A stretch of DNA of 64,000 nt, from IMG/VR virus record IMGVR_UViG_3300045988_122854; one strand, 5' to 3'. Below are positions 9,641 to 19,416 of the stretch, piece after piece. Made by a program: the position numbers and the translations under genes. Within the stretch, counting starts at the first letter, position 1; each line of letters starts with the position of its first letter. Source of the stretch: a virus. A model generated the notes under the pieces. That model was not told the origin of the DNA. It worked only from the letters and a program-made list of their open reading frames with translations, and ran no database searches.

Positions 9641-10378
9641 CTATCTACCAGCGCCACTACGGTTTGTGCTATTAGAAGTATAAGCTCCTCTATTAGAACC
9701 TCTATAAGCACTTCTATAACCGTTATTACTACCATAATTAGAAGAACGATTACTATTATTACTACTATAATTAGAGCTTCTTACGCCATTATTACTTGAA
9801 TAATTAGCAGTATAATAGGTATAATTACTTGAATAATTTGAACTTCTATGACCATTATTACTTGAATAGTCTGAAGAGCGTTGAGCATTATTACTTGAAT
9901 AGTCTGAAGAGCGCTGAGTATTATTGCTTGTATAATAAGAACTATTATAACTATTATTACTTGAATAGTCTGAAGAACGCTGAGTATTATTGCTTGTATA
10001 ATAAGAACTATTATAACTATTATTACTTGTATAATCTGCACCACGATAACTATTATTACTTGTATAATTCGCTCCGTTATAGGCACAAATGCCATTTATT
10101 GTATCAAGTTTACTTCTAATTTCCTCTAAGGGGACTCGTTTCATAAGCTCACTAGCTCTTGGAGCGGTAAAATTAGAAAAAGTAGCCTAAGTTCCTACAT
10201 AAGAAACATTTCTTAAATTTTCAATTTCATTTTTTAAAGTAGTAATATCACTTTGTCTCGCATGACGCTCCCCATTTAAGGGAGCGGTCGTGCGAGTTTG
10301 AGAAAAACGAGTCTAAGCAGTATTTAAAGTATCATATAGAGCGCGAACATCACTCCATGAAATACGACTACCAGCCAT
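9641..10378 (-). CDS. Candidate RiPP precursor peptide: about 100-aa leader plus a Tyr/Ser/Asn-rich tandem-repeat core; 2 in-frame TAG in the leader
   Basis: ATG at 10376-78 preceded by AAGGAGAG at 7 nt. In-frame through TAG twice, into ...MKRVPLEEIRSKLDTINGICAYNG, then repeats of YTSNNSY / DYSSNN / RSSNYSSNN. The DNA shows 36- and 57-nt tandem repeats at 9780-10100. Lies directly upstream of two radical-SAM genes on the same strand. Confidence 0.55.
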
Positions 10379-10391
10379 TTATATTCTCTCC

Positions 10392-10808
10392 TTAATTTAC
10401 AGCCTCGGGAGTATAAGTTATATTAAGTTCTGCTACAGTATTATAACTATTAGCATATGACTTATCTCCAATATCATTATTATATTCAAAGACCATTTCA
10501 GCGATATTGGCAACATTTTTTTCAAAAACTTTTCTATAATCATTAGAAATAGTTAAATAATATACACCAATTTTAGCAACCTTTGAACGATCAAAATTTT
10601 CAATAAGTTGAGCAGAAACTTTAGGTAAACTTAAAGTTTCAACATCATAGCCTTCTGAATATTCACGAAGTCTAAAAGCATATTTAACTCCATTAGTTTC
10701 TCCATTAATACTTGTAGAAAAAACAACGGGACCAGTTATAATACTTTCAGTCTCCTTGCCTTCATTGTCAATAACAACTACCTTAAAGGTATTATTTAAT
10801 TCAGCCAT
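10392..10808 (-). CDS. Hypothetical protein (138 aa)
   Basis: ORF; its stop overlaps the precursor RBS. Confidence 0.5.
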   Translation of the reverse strand: MAELNNTFKVVVIDNEGKETESIITGPVVFSTSINGETNGVKYAFRLREYSEGYDVETLSLPKVSAQLIENFDRSKVAKIGVYYLTISNDYRKVFEKNVANIAEMVFEYNNDIGDKSYANSYNTVAELNITYTPEAVN

Positions 10809-10947
10809 TATTAAAATTCCTCCTAATAAAATAAATAATTAGGATATTATATATCCTATTTTTATTAAAAATTTATTTTATTTTATTTTTTAGTTTCGGT
10901 TAAACTAACTATTTATCATTTTTACTAAATAAATAATAACAAAAAAA

Positions 10948-10979
10948 AAGAGTAATGTCAAATGACATTACTCTTTAAA
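10948..10979. terminator. Hairpin agagtaatgtca-aa-tgacattactct in an A/T context
   Basis: 12-bp perfect inverted repeat just downstream of gene 10980..11285. Confidence 0.45.
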
Positions 10980-11285
10980 TTAATTCAATCCCAATCTCGC
11001 CATTAGGTCGGCGACATTTTTCTTTTCATCCACAGTAATTTCAACCTGCGTTTCTCCACCTGCGGTTGCCCCATCTTCAAAATTCAAAACATTTGAATCC
11101 GCGGTTGCACCTGCTTCACCGACCGGAGTCTTTGGGCATGTCATACTAATAGCAATCTGAATTCGCTCGCCATTTTCATTAGCCCAAAGGTAATACTTTT
11201 TATCTCTCTCGCCGATCCAGTCAGCGCCAAATGTTTCTGCCATTTTCTTGGCAATTTGTTCCTTTGCTACTGCGCCTTTAGCCAT
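10980..11285 (-). CDS. Hypothetical protein (101 aa); GC-rich gene in an AT-rich context
   Basis: ORF; local GC clearly above its surroundings. Confidence 0.5.
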   Translation of the reverse strand: MAKGAVAKEQIAKKMAETFGADWIGERDKKYYLWANENGERIQIAISMTCPKTPVGEAGATADSNVLNFEDGATAGGETQVEITVDEKKNVADLMARLGLN

Positions 11286-11297
11286 ATCTAATTCTCC

Positions 11298-12728
11298 TTA
11301 ACTAAAATTATGTATAAAGTCTTTTAAAGACTTAAAATTATCAACTTTTTCTTCACCAGCATCTCTAAAACACCAAGGACATAAATACATATCAGTCCCT
11401 TTGTGATAGTGAATATCTTGCGTATAATATAAATTATTACAACACTCACATCGTTTACAATAAGTGTCCGCACAACTATCGCAAACTAATTCATTCTCAT
11501 CGCCTACGGAATTTGCTTCATCAATAATTATACGAGAACCACAACAAGAGCAATAACCATAATTATCGTCCTCGTCTACTCCATAACTAAATTCACAATC
11601 TCCACATCGCATATATTCCCCATTTTCAATCATAGTCTTACCGCACTGTAAGCAAGGGACATCCCCACCAATAGACCAATGAGGAAGATCACCCTCTCGT
11701 GGATAATAATATAATTTTAAACTATAAATAGGTAAATAACAAGAAGAATAAAGCAAATCATTATAGTGAAGAGTATAATAACCCGCATCATCAACAATCT
11801 CACTAATAGGATACAAGCGAGATAAAATGAGAATCCACGTTTCCGCTAATCCAATAGTCTCTTCACCAAAAGAAGTAGCACTCATTCTATTAGGGATACT
11901 ATTAATGCCCCCATCTACCCATTCGCGCAACTGAAAAGTCTTATCAAAAGTATTGATAATATCTTTAATCTTAATTAAAGCATTAGTTGTCATAAAAGGA
12001 TACTGGCGCCCGGCCATCAGACCGCGTCGCTTATCTTCCATATATAAAAGCATACGCCACTTCTTAGAATTCCAAAGAACATCTTCAGGGAAATGCGGAA
12101 GCTTCTGATTGTCCGCTCCGCGCAAATAGCAAATAAAAGTGCTTTTATCTACCATGTAAGATAAATTTCCTGCTCTATATTCGCCGTCAAGCGCATGACA
12201 AGAGCGCCAATTGTAAGTATTTTCACTCACACTTAAAAAATCCAAAGGATGAACTGAGAAACATAACGTTCCTTCAATCTTATCCTCTTGGATAATGCGA
12301 CTTGCGTAATTCTGAATATCTTCCAAAGAACGCGGATTCTCTTCAAAATACTTAAAAGCCTTAACTAATTTCATTCCTCTTGGAATCTTTTTATCCTTAT
12401 AAAAATAAGTGTCAATAACTGTATTATCAAAAAATCCTTCTTTGTTTGTAAAAATAAAATCTTTTAAGTCTTCATTATTATAAGTATAATTAATTGTTTC
12501 AAGAAACTCTTCAAGACGATGCTCTTTAGTTTTATCATCTAAGGAAAAAGATACCCTTTCCGGCCATTCATAAATTAAATGGCCATGGAAAAATTTAATT
12601 AAGTCTTTTTTGGCTTCGAGGAATCTTTCGAATAGTTCTTCTGTTTTTGGATTACTGATTCCTTGGGAGTAACTGATGACTTTGTTGAACTGTTCTCTAA
12701 TGCTTTCGATGTCGAAGTCATATGACAT
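11298..12728 (-). CDS. Large hypothetical protein with a C-terminal cluster of zinc-ribbon motifs (paralog of 15237..16841)
   Basis: Start taken at ATG 12726-28 with GGAGGA upstream. C-terminus CLQCGK...CGDCE...CSCCGS...CDSCADTYCKRCECC...CPWC. Shares a WNSK(K/R)WR(M/E)L and ...GEYR.G... core with 15237..16841. Confidence 0.6.
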   Translation of the reverse strand: MSYDFDIESIREQFNKVISYSQGISNPKTEELFERFLEAKKDLIKFFHGHLIYEWPERVSFSLDDKTKEHRLEEFLETINYTYNNEDLKDFIFTNKEGFFDNTVIDTYFYKDKKIPRGMKLVKAFKYFEENPRSLEDIQNYASRIIQEDKIEGTLCFSVHPLDFLSVSENTYNWRSCHALDGEYRAGNLSYMVDKSTFICYLRGADNQKLPHFPEDVLWNSKKWRMLLYMEDKRRGLMAGRQYPFMTTNALIKIKDIINTFDKTFQLREWVDGGINSIPNRMSATSFGEETIGLAETWILILSRLYPISEIVDDAGYYTLHYNDLLYSSCYLPIYSLKLYYYPREGDLPHWSIGGDVPCLQCGKTMIENGEYMRCGDCEFSYGVDEDDNYGYCSCCGSRIIIDEANSVGDENELVCDSCADTYCKRCECCNNLYYTQDIHYHKGTDMYLCPWCFRDAGEEKVDNFKSLKDFIHNFS

Positions 12729-13705
12729 TTGACTAATCCTCCAATACAATCTTTACAATACTCACTGTGTGGGTTCGCAGGGTCAATTTCAAATGCCTCT
12801 TCACACTCCGCACACCATTCAACATTACTGGGAATACAATCAGGGCAATAAAAACATGTATGTCCATCTAGTCCCTTTACTGGAAATGTTTCATATTCAC
12901 TAAATAACTGACCGCATCCTTTACAATGAACGTAGAATCCATCGCCATCAGTTGGAAAATTCTTACAAATATTATCGAACCAAATACTATGATAATCACG
13001 ATAATATTCAAAATCAGGAATATCTTTCTCTTGGAGCATGCGGATTACCTTATTAATTGTGTCAAAAAGAGCACCCGCATTTAATGTTTCAATGCGATTA
13101 TGTTCGTTTTTATAACCTACTGAAAGATTTACACCACAAATTTTCCATTCGGGACATAAAATACTAATATCGCTAAACGTGCCAAAATCCTCTACAAATC
13201 CAAAAGACTCAATGTAGTCCATAAACTTAGGATTGTAAAGGTCATAAAACACACAATCATTTGTGCCTTGTCTATCTAATTGAATAATATATTTCAAATC
13301 AGGAAACGGACAATCAAAATACTGTAATACTAATGCTTCGGCGCCTAATCCACCAATTTCTTCATCAGTGGTAAAAATAATAGAAGGGCGCAAAGACGTA
13401 TTCCTCAAAATATGAAGAATTGCATATACTCCCGCTCTATCATCCGCACCAAGACCATCGGGCGACCAAAGCACATTTTTTCTTGTGTCATAATATAAAT
13501 CTTTGACCGGTTTCTCAAACACAGTATCAAGATGAGCTACTAAGGCAATCGGAATATCGCCGACCGCACAAACATACTCTTTAGTAATAACTACTTCGGT
13601 ATATTTAGATTTCAATACATCGGCAACATATTCTCTTAACTCTTCTTGTGTTGAGCGAACCAGATATTCAAATAACCAAAGTTCATTAGTTTTAAAACCT
13701 CTCAC
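12599..13705 (-). CDS. M20/M28/M42-family metallopeptidase-like protein with C-terminal zinc ribbons
   Basis: HLDTVF and GADDRAG motifs typical of dinuclear zinc peptidases. C-terminal HCKGCG...CFYCPDC...CAECEE...CKDC. Its 3' end overlaps the next gene by about 130 nt in another frame. Confidence 0.5.
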   Translation of the reverse strand: MRGFKTNELWLFEYLVRSTQEELREYVADVLKSKYTEVVITKEYVCAVGDIPIALVAHLDTVFEKPVKDLYYDTRKNVLWSPDGLGADDRAGVYAILHILRNTSLRPSIIFTTDEEIGGLGAEALVLQYFDCPFPDLKYIIQLDRQGTNDCVFYDLYNPKFMDYIESFGFVEDFGTFSDISILCPEWKICGVNLSVGYKNEHNRIETLNAGALFDTINKVIRMLQEKDIPDFEYYRDYHSIWFDNICKNFPTDGDGFYVHCKGCGQLFSEYETFPVKGLDGHTCFYCPDCIPSNVEWCAECEEAFEIDPANPHSEYCKDCIGGLVKCHMTSTSKALENSSTKSSVTPKESVIQKQKNYSKDSSKPKKT

Positions 13706-13715
13706 AGTTTATTCT

Positions 13716-13766
13716 CCTATCTTTTATCTTATATTTATATTATAACATTATTTTTTTTATTTGTCA
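13716..13766 (-). promoter_or_regulatory. AT-rich TTGACA-N17-TATAAT promoter (minus strand)
   Basis: Plus-strand tgtcaa and ttataa with a 17-nt spacer. Confidence 0.5.
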
Positions 13767-13801
13767 ATTGAGTCCTCTTCCGCCTCGGAGATAGGATTAT
13801 T

Positions 13802-14557
13802 CTACTTACTCTCTTGAACTGCTTTATCTATAACACGAGAGAATATAAACGCGGTTTCACAATAATGGCAAGTGCCTTGACGCTGACAGCGCTGACCGCA
13901 ATTGATGCGGTTGGGGCCAAAATCTTCGGGAATTCCACGGTTATCCGCATTATAATTTAGGTTCGTTAATAAAAGGTTTAGATTACCTTGCCAATGACCG
14001 CTTTGATAAATATCCAAAAGCACGGCTTCCTTAGAGAGCGCGGGCTCGTCAAATTCTAATGTCGAGACATATGTTCCGTAATAATCTACATCTTCCGGTC
14101 GGACGTAGGAACCGCATATTCCATTTTCTCTTGGAAGGTTATCATCATAGCATTTATTCGCAATCATACGAATTGGAACTTTTGCTTGCTGATTTAATTG
14201 TCTCAGATCAAACGTAAGCGGTGCCCCGATGAAAAGTTCACTAACTCCAAGATCAAGGAGAACGCGGACTTCCGCCCATGTAGTAGCAGGATAAGCGAAA
14301 TAATACTTTACATCAATATTACATCCATTGCGGGTAAGCATATCTTCAAATGCTACAATAAGATCGACTTTATCTTTAAATGAATCGATCTCTTCCCAGT
14401 TTACTTCTTCACCTTTGCGGATTCGGATAATATATCGTTTATCAGGGAATTTCTAAATCATATCATACATAATGTTTATATCATTATAATTAACCATAAG
14501 CTCATCAGCCTTCTCGCGGACAACATCAGGTTGACGCACGGAAACACAATATTTCAA
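13802..14557 (-). CDS. Hypothetical protein (about 251 aa) with one in-frame TAG
   Basis: ORF 13802..14341 extends in frame through TAG at 14453-55 to a TTG at 14555-57 with AAGGAG 9 nt upstream. TGA just upstream. Confidence 0.4.
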
Positions 14558-14687
14558 ATTATATCACTCCTTTATAATATAATTATAACAAAAAACTCCA
14601 ATTTTGTCAAGAAAATTCTAAACGGCTTTTTACTTTTGGACTTTCGGTATATGCGGCCAGCACCGGTCGGAGTAGATGGCAAGAAAA

Positions 14688-14728
14688 AATGAGCTGAAAA
14701 AACTTTCAGCTCATTTAATCATTTAGTT
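14688..14728. terminator. Hairpin atgagctgaaa-aaac-tttcagctcat
   Basis: 11-bp inverted repeat immediately 3' of gene 14730..15146. Confidence 0.5.
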
Positions 14729-14729
14729 C

Positions 14730-15146
14730 TCAGTCCTCGAAAGCGACCTTACGATAAGCCACTTTCTTTGAAGCCTTACCGCCATCAGCGCCCGGAACGG
14801 AAACCTCAGTCTTCTCCGCGCGGTTCTCGCTCACAAGAGTGCGGAGACGATAGCTGGCACGCTGCGCGGAAACGCTCTCATCGCCGAGAGCCTTGACGAT
14901 CTCAGGGATGGTCATAAACTCATCGTCATAAAGAACATTATAAATCTGCTCAGTCAGCTCATCGCCCTCAGCACGCTTGGCGGCTGCACGCTCCTTAGCC
15001 TTGGCAGTCTTCTTATCAAGCAACTCAATCTCATGCTCGCAAAATGCGATCACGTCATTGGGATCATACTTGATCTCGCCAGTCTTCATAGCCTCGATAA
15101 TTGCGGTCAGATAGTCGCGCTTAGATACTTTAATTTCATTAGTCAT
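14730..15146 (-). CDS. Hypothetical protein, member of a 3-copy paralog family (with 36212..36589 and 38831..39211); GC-rich
   Basis: Shared blocks: KRD(Y/R)..A(I/L)(I/L), (V/M)(I/V)AF(C/I)EHEIELL.KK and ...SAQRASYRLRTLV versus ...SNQRVSALLRQMI. Confidence 0.55.
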   Translation of the reverse strand: MTNEIKVSKRDYLTAIIEAMKTGEIKYDPNDVIAFCEHEIELLDKKTAKAKERAAAKRAEGDELTEQIYNVLYDDEFMTIPEIVKALGDESVSAQRASYRLRTLVSENRAEKTEVSVPGADGGKASKKVAYRKVAFED

Positions 15147-15236
15147 AATTTTTACCTTAACCTTTCATAAATAACAATTTTATTTTTAGGAAGTATTTCT
15201 TCCTTTACCTTACATAAATATTATATATTATTTTTT

Positions 15237-16841
15237 TTAAAAAATCAAAGAAGGTCTTTGATTTGGGTTAGTGCCATTAACCCAAGAAATAAATTCCTTT
15301 TCATTAATGTCAAAGAGGTCTCTGCCCTTTTCAGTGAGAGTTTCTCCATCGACATAATAATTGGTGCGCCAACCATCTCTATCTTCTTCAATTTCACCAG
15401 TGAAGAAAGTCTTTACTTTTTTATCTTCACAACAATCCCAACAAATATCCGCATAAAATCCGACTGGCTTCTTCTGGAATCGAAGGCGGATTTGTTTCAT
15501 ATCATCATAATCTTTGCGGACTTCACAACAAGGACAAACTTCTGTGCTTTCATCATAACAATAAACACAATAAGTTTTTCCATTGACATTATAAGTGTCA
15601 TCGATATAAACAATATCGCCACACTTATCACACTTTGTCGCACCAGAACAACTCGGGCAAACAGTCATTTCCGCGTTATTCTCTCTATCATCGAAGAGAG
15701 AGTCATCAAGAAGCTCTCCGCAACACATACACTCAGATTCACCCGAATAATTAAGGTCAATACTATCATCAGCACAGACCTTAGTGGAAATATAAGCGTT
15801 ATGATCTCCGTAGATGTCATTATACATAAAATTGGTGTCAAGATTGAAATATACACTTGCATCAAGCTCACCAATAAAGTTAATGCTATAATTATGAATC
15901 TGATTCAGATACTGAGTATAAGGACCAAAACCAAGATTCTTCTCAGTAAGTTCCTTAATCCAAGAAAGACAAATGCTTTCAAGATTTTCATTACAATAAG
16001 GATAACCCTTAATACCAAGAATAAGGTGCTCGTCTACGATGAAGAGCTCGCGCCAACGCTTACTATTCCACATAACAGGCTGACCGTTCTTATACCAAAG
16101 TTCCATATCCTTATCAGATTTGAGATAAGCTTCAAGGATAATAGGAGAGTTCATCATTTCAACGGTTCCCTGACGATACTCACCACCGCCATTCTGCCAT
16201 CTCATACAAGAGTCCCAGCCGCAGTTATTATCACTCATAGTGATATAATCGAGAGGATGGATAGAAAGACAAAGCTCACCAGAAATATTCTTCTGATTAA
16301 GGAACTGAGAATGAGCGATACGGAACTTCTCATAAATATCGCGGTCAATATTCAAAATATCACTCATCTTACCAAGCATCTTACTAAGCTTCATACCCTG
16401 ATTAATCATAAGAGTTTTATTGTTATAGGTAAGTTTAAAAGACTCCCTATCATAAATGTTAGACATTAAAGCCTCAACATTCAAAAGATTTGCCATAGTA
16501 AAATATTGGTTATCAGTAAGAGCCCCCTCACGATAAAGATTCTCTACTCCCTCATAAAAAATATTTCGGAATTCATACCCATCGCCATTTCGACCGAAAT
16601 AATCATAATAGTCATCGCTCATATCTTCATAGGTGCGAGAATAATTTACCTTACGAGAAATGATAAGATTATTTCCAAGCATCTTATAAAGACTCTGCTT
16701 ATTATAAGACCAAAAGCGAAGAATATAATCAAGCGATGCTTTCATATCAGAGCTATCTCCGCCAAGTCCCGCAAAATTGCGGATATACCATTCAATCTTT
16801 TCGCAATCTTCTTCGGAAAGGAGTTCAAATAAATTAGCCAT
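15237..16841 (-). CDS. Large hypothetical protein with C-terminal multi-zinc-ribbon (paralog of 11298..12728)
   Basis: 534 aa. C-terminus CMCCGE...CPSCSG..CDKCG...CVYC...CPCCE...CWDCCEDKK. Confidence 0.6.
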   Translation of the reverse strand: MANLFELLSEEDCEKIEWYIRNFAGLGGDSSDMKASLDYILRFWSYNKQSLYKMLGNNLIISRKVNYSRTYEDMSDDYYDYFGRNGDGYEFRNIFYEGVENLYREGALTDNQYFTMANLLNVEALMSNIYDRESFKLTYNNKTLMINQGMKLSKMLGKMSDILNIDRDIYEKFRIAHSQFLNQKNISGELCLSIHPLDYITMSDNNCGWDSCMRWQNGGGEYRQGTVEMMNSPIILEAYLKSDKDMELWYKNGQPVMWNSKRWRELFIVDEHLILGIKGYPYCNENLESICLSWIKELTEKNLGFGPYTQYLNQIHNYSINFIGELDASVYFNLDTNFMYNDIYGDHNAYISTKVCADDSIDLNYSGESECMCCGELLDDSLFDDRENNAEMTVCPSCSGATKCDKCGDIVYIDDTYNVNGKTYCVYCYDESTEVCPCCEVRKDYDDMKQIRLRFQKKPVGFYADICWDCCEDKKVKTFFTGEIEEDRDGWRTNYYVDGETLTEKGRDLFDINEKEFISWVNGTNPNQRPSLIF

Positions 16842-16914
16842 ATCTTATCAACCTCTTTTTAATATCTTTCTTAACCTTATAAATATATTATAATATATTT
16901 TTTTATAAAAATAA

Positions 16915-16950
16915 AGAAAGCCCTTTGCGGTCAATCAAAGGGCTTTCTTC
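16915..16950. terminator. Hairpin aaagaaagccctttg-cggtcaat-caaagggctttctt
   Basis: 14-bp perfect inverted repeat downstream of gene 16971..18323 and upstream of a promoter-motif copy (16860-16910). Confidence 0.55.
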
Positions 16951-16970
16951 TGAAAGGGGTTTTATTATAT

Positions 16971-18323
16971 TTACTTACAAAGATTACCCATGAACATGAG
17001 CGGAAGAAGATCATCCGCGTTCTTGGAGTCCTTCATAAGGAAATACATCATCATAGGATTCTTAGAAAAATCCATACCACTCTGACCGCCCATCATAGAG
17101 AGCATCAGCATGGTGTTCATATCGAACTCGCCACTATTCTCACTCATCATGAGGAAGGGGAGCATATTGCCAAACGGCGCATCCGGAGTGGGCGCATCAG
17201 AAGTCATGTTAAAGAGAGACACGACCTTCGTTGCGAAGTTGAAACCAAACGGAGACTTGGTAAGCAGAATCTTCTTCTCCTCACCAGCCTGCGGGTCAAT
17301 CGCGGCCATACCCGTCTCAGCGACCTCAATCACAAACATTGCCTTGCGGTTGTGAATCACAATGTCGCCAACCTTAACGTCCTTGATGGCAACCGGCATC
17401 TTGTAAAGGAACTTACCGCCATCAAAGTTGAAGATATCAACGTCGATAATCTCCTTACTCTCAGGGTTGTAAGAAACCCAAGTGCCATTCGCGTTCTTTA
17501 CGGCCAGGCCATACATAGACATACGAATGTTATCAGTGGTACAGGGGCCAAAATCAAAATTAAACGCCTTCATTTTCTTATTTCCTTTCTTATCATCAAC
17601 ATTATTATTAAATGTATTTTGTTCGTTCAAAACTTTATTGATTCGATCATCAATATAATCGTTATCAATCATGGCGCACTTATCTTCAATTGCGTCAATT
17701 CGACCACCAAGTGTAGTAGTAGCAATATTACCACCTGCAAAAATTGTGTTAGAATCAATTGAAGCAACCTTTCCAGTTATACAATCATCATCAGAGACTA
17801 CTGTAATAGGTGTGGCATTTAATTCTCCAAGAATCTTCTGAGCTTCTTCATCGGAAATAGTATTCGCACAAGAAAATTCTGTGCTCCATGTTCCCTTGTC
17901 ATACACTTTAATATAATCAAGGTTATCACAGGTTTTTCTTATATTATTATTCTTTTCAGTAGTCTTCTTTGCCCTACGCATCTTATATTCAAGAAACTTT
18001 TCAGAACATTCAATCGCATAATCATTCGTAAAAATATTACAAACATTATCAGCTAAAAATTCACCAAAAGAACCGTCATCAGCATTGGCAAAGAAAGAAT
18101 TCATAATGTAAGTATCAGGAAAAACATCAAAGAAAATTTTGCCATTAAGATCAGATTTAACGACAATCCTAACGCTATTCTTAGAAGTCTTTAACTTACG
18201 CCAAAAGACATAATCAAGCTTATGATACTTACCATCTTGAACTGCTTGACTAAATTTATCTAAAATTTTATCAAAAATATTAGGTGGGAATTTATAAGTT
18301 CCCATTACATTAGTTTCAGCCAT
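16971..18323 (-). CDS. Hypothetical 450-aa protein with a methionine-rich C-terminus
   Basis: C-terminal 55 aa contain about 14 Met (MNTMLMLSMMGG...MMMYFLM...MFMGNLCK). Confidence 0.55.
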   Translation of the reverse strand: MAETNVMGTYKFPPNIFDKILDKFSQAVQDGKYHKLDYVFWRKLKTSKNSVRIVVKSDLNGKIFFDVFPDTYIMNSFFANADDGSFGEFLADNVCNIFTNDYAIECSEKFLEYKMRRAKKTTEKNNNIRKTCDNLDYIKVYDKGTWSTEFSCANTISDEEAQKILGELNATPITVVSDDDCITGKVASIDSNTIFAGGNIATTTLGGRIDAIEDKCAMIDNDYIDDRINKVLNEQNTFNNNVDDKKGNKKMKAFNFDFGPCTTDNIRMSMYGLAVKNANGTWVSYNPESKEIIDVDIFNFDGGKFLYKMPVAIKDVKVGDIVIHNRKAMFVIEVAETGMAAIDPQAGEEKKILLTKSPFGFNFATKVVSLFNMTSDAPTPDAPFGNMLPFLMMSENSGEFDMNTMLMLSMMGGQSGMDFSKNPMMMYFLMKDSKNADDLLPLMFMGNLCK

Positions 18324-18744
18324 TTAGTCTCCTCTCCACTTCTCGTCGGATATATTCCATATCACTATCCGTCAGAGTGAGTTCAGTCTGAAAACTTGTG
18401 GCGCCCGCACTAATTTCCTTGATAATTCTTTCAAGTTCCTCAGTATGATTCGCATAACACATAAACAAATTATCCATTACTCCATCCACTCCAATGTATC
18501 TTTATCGTCCCAAAAGAAATCAAACTCAGTATGCGCTTTGCCGTCCTTATCTTTCTTAATAAGGATATCCATCATATGAGCATGAATACCATCTTCGGGA
18601 TAATCCACTTCCCAAATTTCACGAATCTTATAACGAGAATCGTGCGGAATAGCTAAATGGGTAATGAATTCCTCGGGAGTCCAAGTTTCAGTAGCCGTGC
18701 AAAACACCAAGCCATAGTGCTCACTATGAATTGCGATTACTCTT

Positions 18745-18981
18745 TCAATCATTGTTATCCTCTCCTAATATATCACAAATTGCCTGATGACTAAATATAA
18801 TCTTTGCTCCAAAATAAGGAGCAGTTTCATCATCAGTGATAATAATTTCCGCGAAAGCAATATCGTATTTATAAAAAATTACAATACGCTTAATTGCTTC
18901 TAAATAATCAGAGGCTACCATTACACCCTGAAATTCTTTTTCTTCTGGATCGGTTGTATGGACTATGTAATAATACTTCAT
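18745..18981 (-). CDS. Small hypothetical protein
   Basis: ORF behind a promoter-motif copy at 18985-19050. Confidence 0.4.
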   Translation of the reverse strand: MKYYYIVHTTDPEEKEFQGVMVASDYLEAIKRIVIFYKYDIAFAEIIITDDETAPYFGAKIIFSHQAICDILGEDNND

Positions 18982-19050
18982 TACAAATAACCTCTTTTCT
19001 TATTTTCTATATATATTATATATTATTTTTTTAAAAATGTCAAAAAGATC

Positions 19051-19335
19051 TTACCAATCACAACACACAAGCATACTTTTGTAATCAGTATAACAAAAGA
19101 ACTTGCGAAGTTCCGCATAAACGCGGTTCACATTGGCAAAAATTTCAAATTCATCTTCATCGCAGGTAGACAAATCTTCATCATTATCCACAAAATGAAT
19201 TTCTACATAACTATCATAGTCAAGAAGAAATTCCACCACATCATTTATATCATCCTCAGTCCAATCAGGAAAAGTGTCATGAAGCCATTCAATGAACTGG
19301 TCATAACGCACAACCGGCTTAGAAATATAAGTCAT
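19051..19335 (-). CDS. Small acidic hypothetical protein
   Basis: ORF behind a promoter-motif copy at 19340-19400. Confidence 0.4.
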   Translation of the reverse strand: MTYISKPVVRYDQFIEWLHDTFPDWTEDDINDVVEFLLDYDSYVEIHFVDNDEDLSTCDEDEFEIFANVNRVYAELRKFFCYTDYKSMLVCCDW

Positions 19336-19416
19336 ATAAAAAAAGTCCTTTCTTAACTTTCTATAAATATTATATAATAATATTTATAAAAAATCAAAAA
19401 AGGACTTTTAATTTAT

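Noticed and set aside
9780-10120. Tandem DNA repeats that could be mistaken for a CRISPR array or variable-number tandem repeat
   Set aside because: The repeats are in frame, encode the Tyr/Ser/Asn-rich precursor core, have no spacer-like unique segments, and no cas genes are present.
15258-16469. 403-aa plus-strand ORF (and similar long plus-strand ORFs at 9781..10119, 20322..20669, 23102..23725, 38030..38602, 40412..41119)
   Set aside because: They lie antisense to well-supported minus-strand genes, have low-complexity hydrophobic composition and no RBS. They are typical shadow ORFs of AT-rich DNA.
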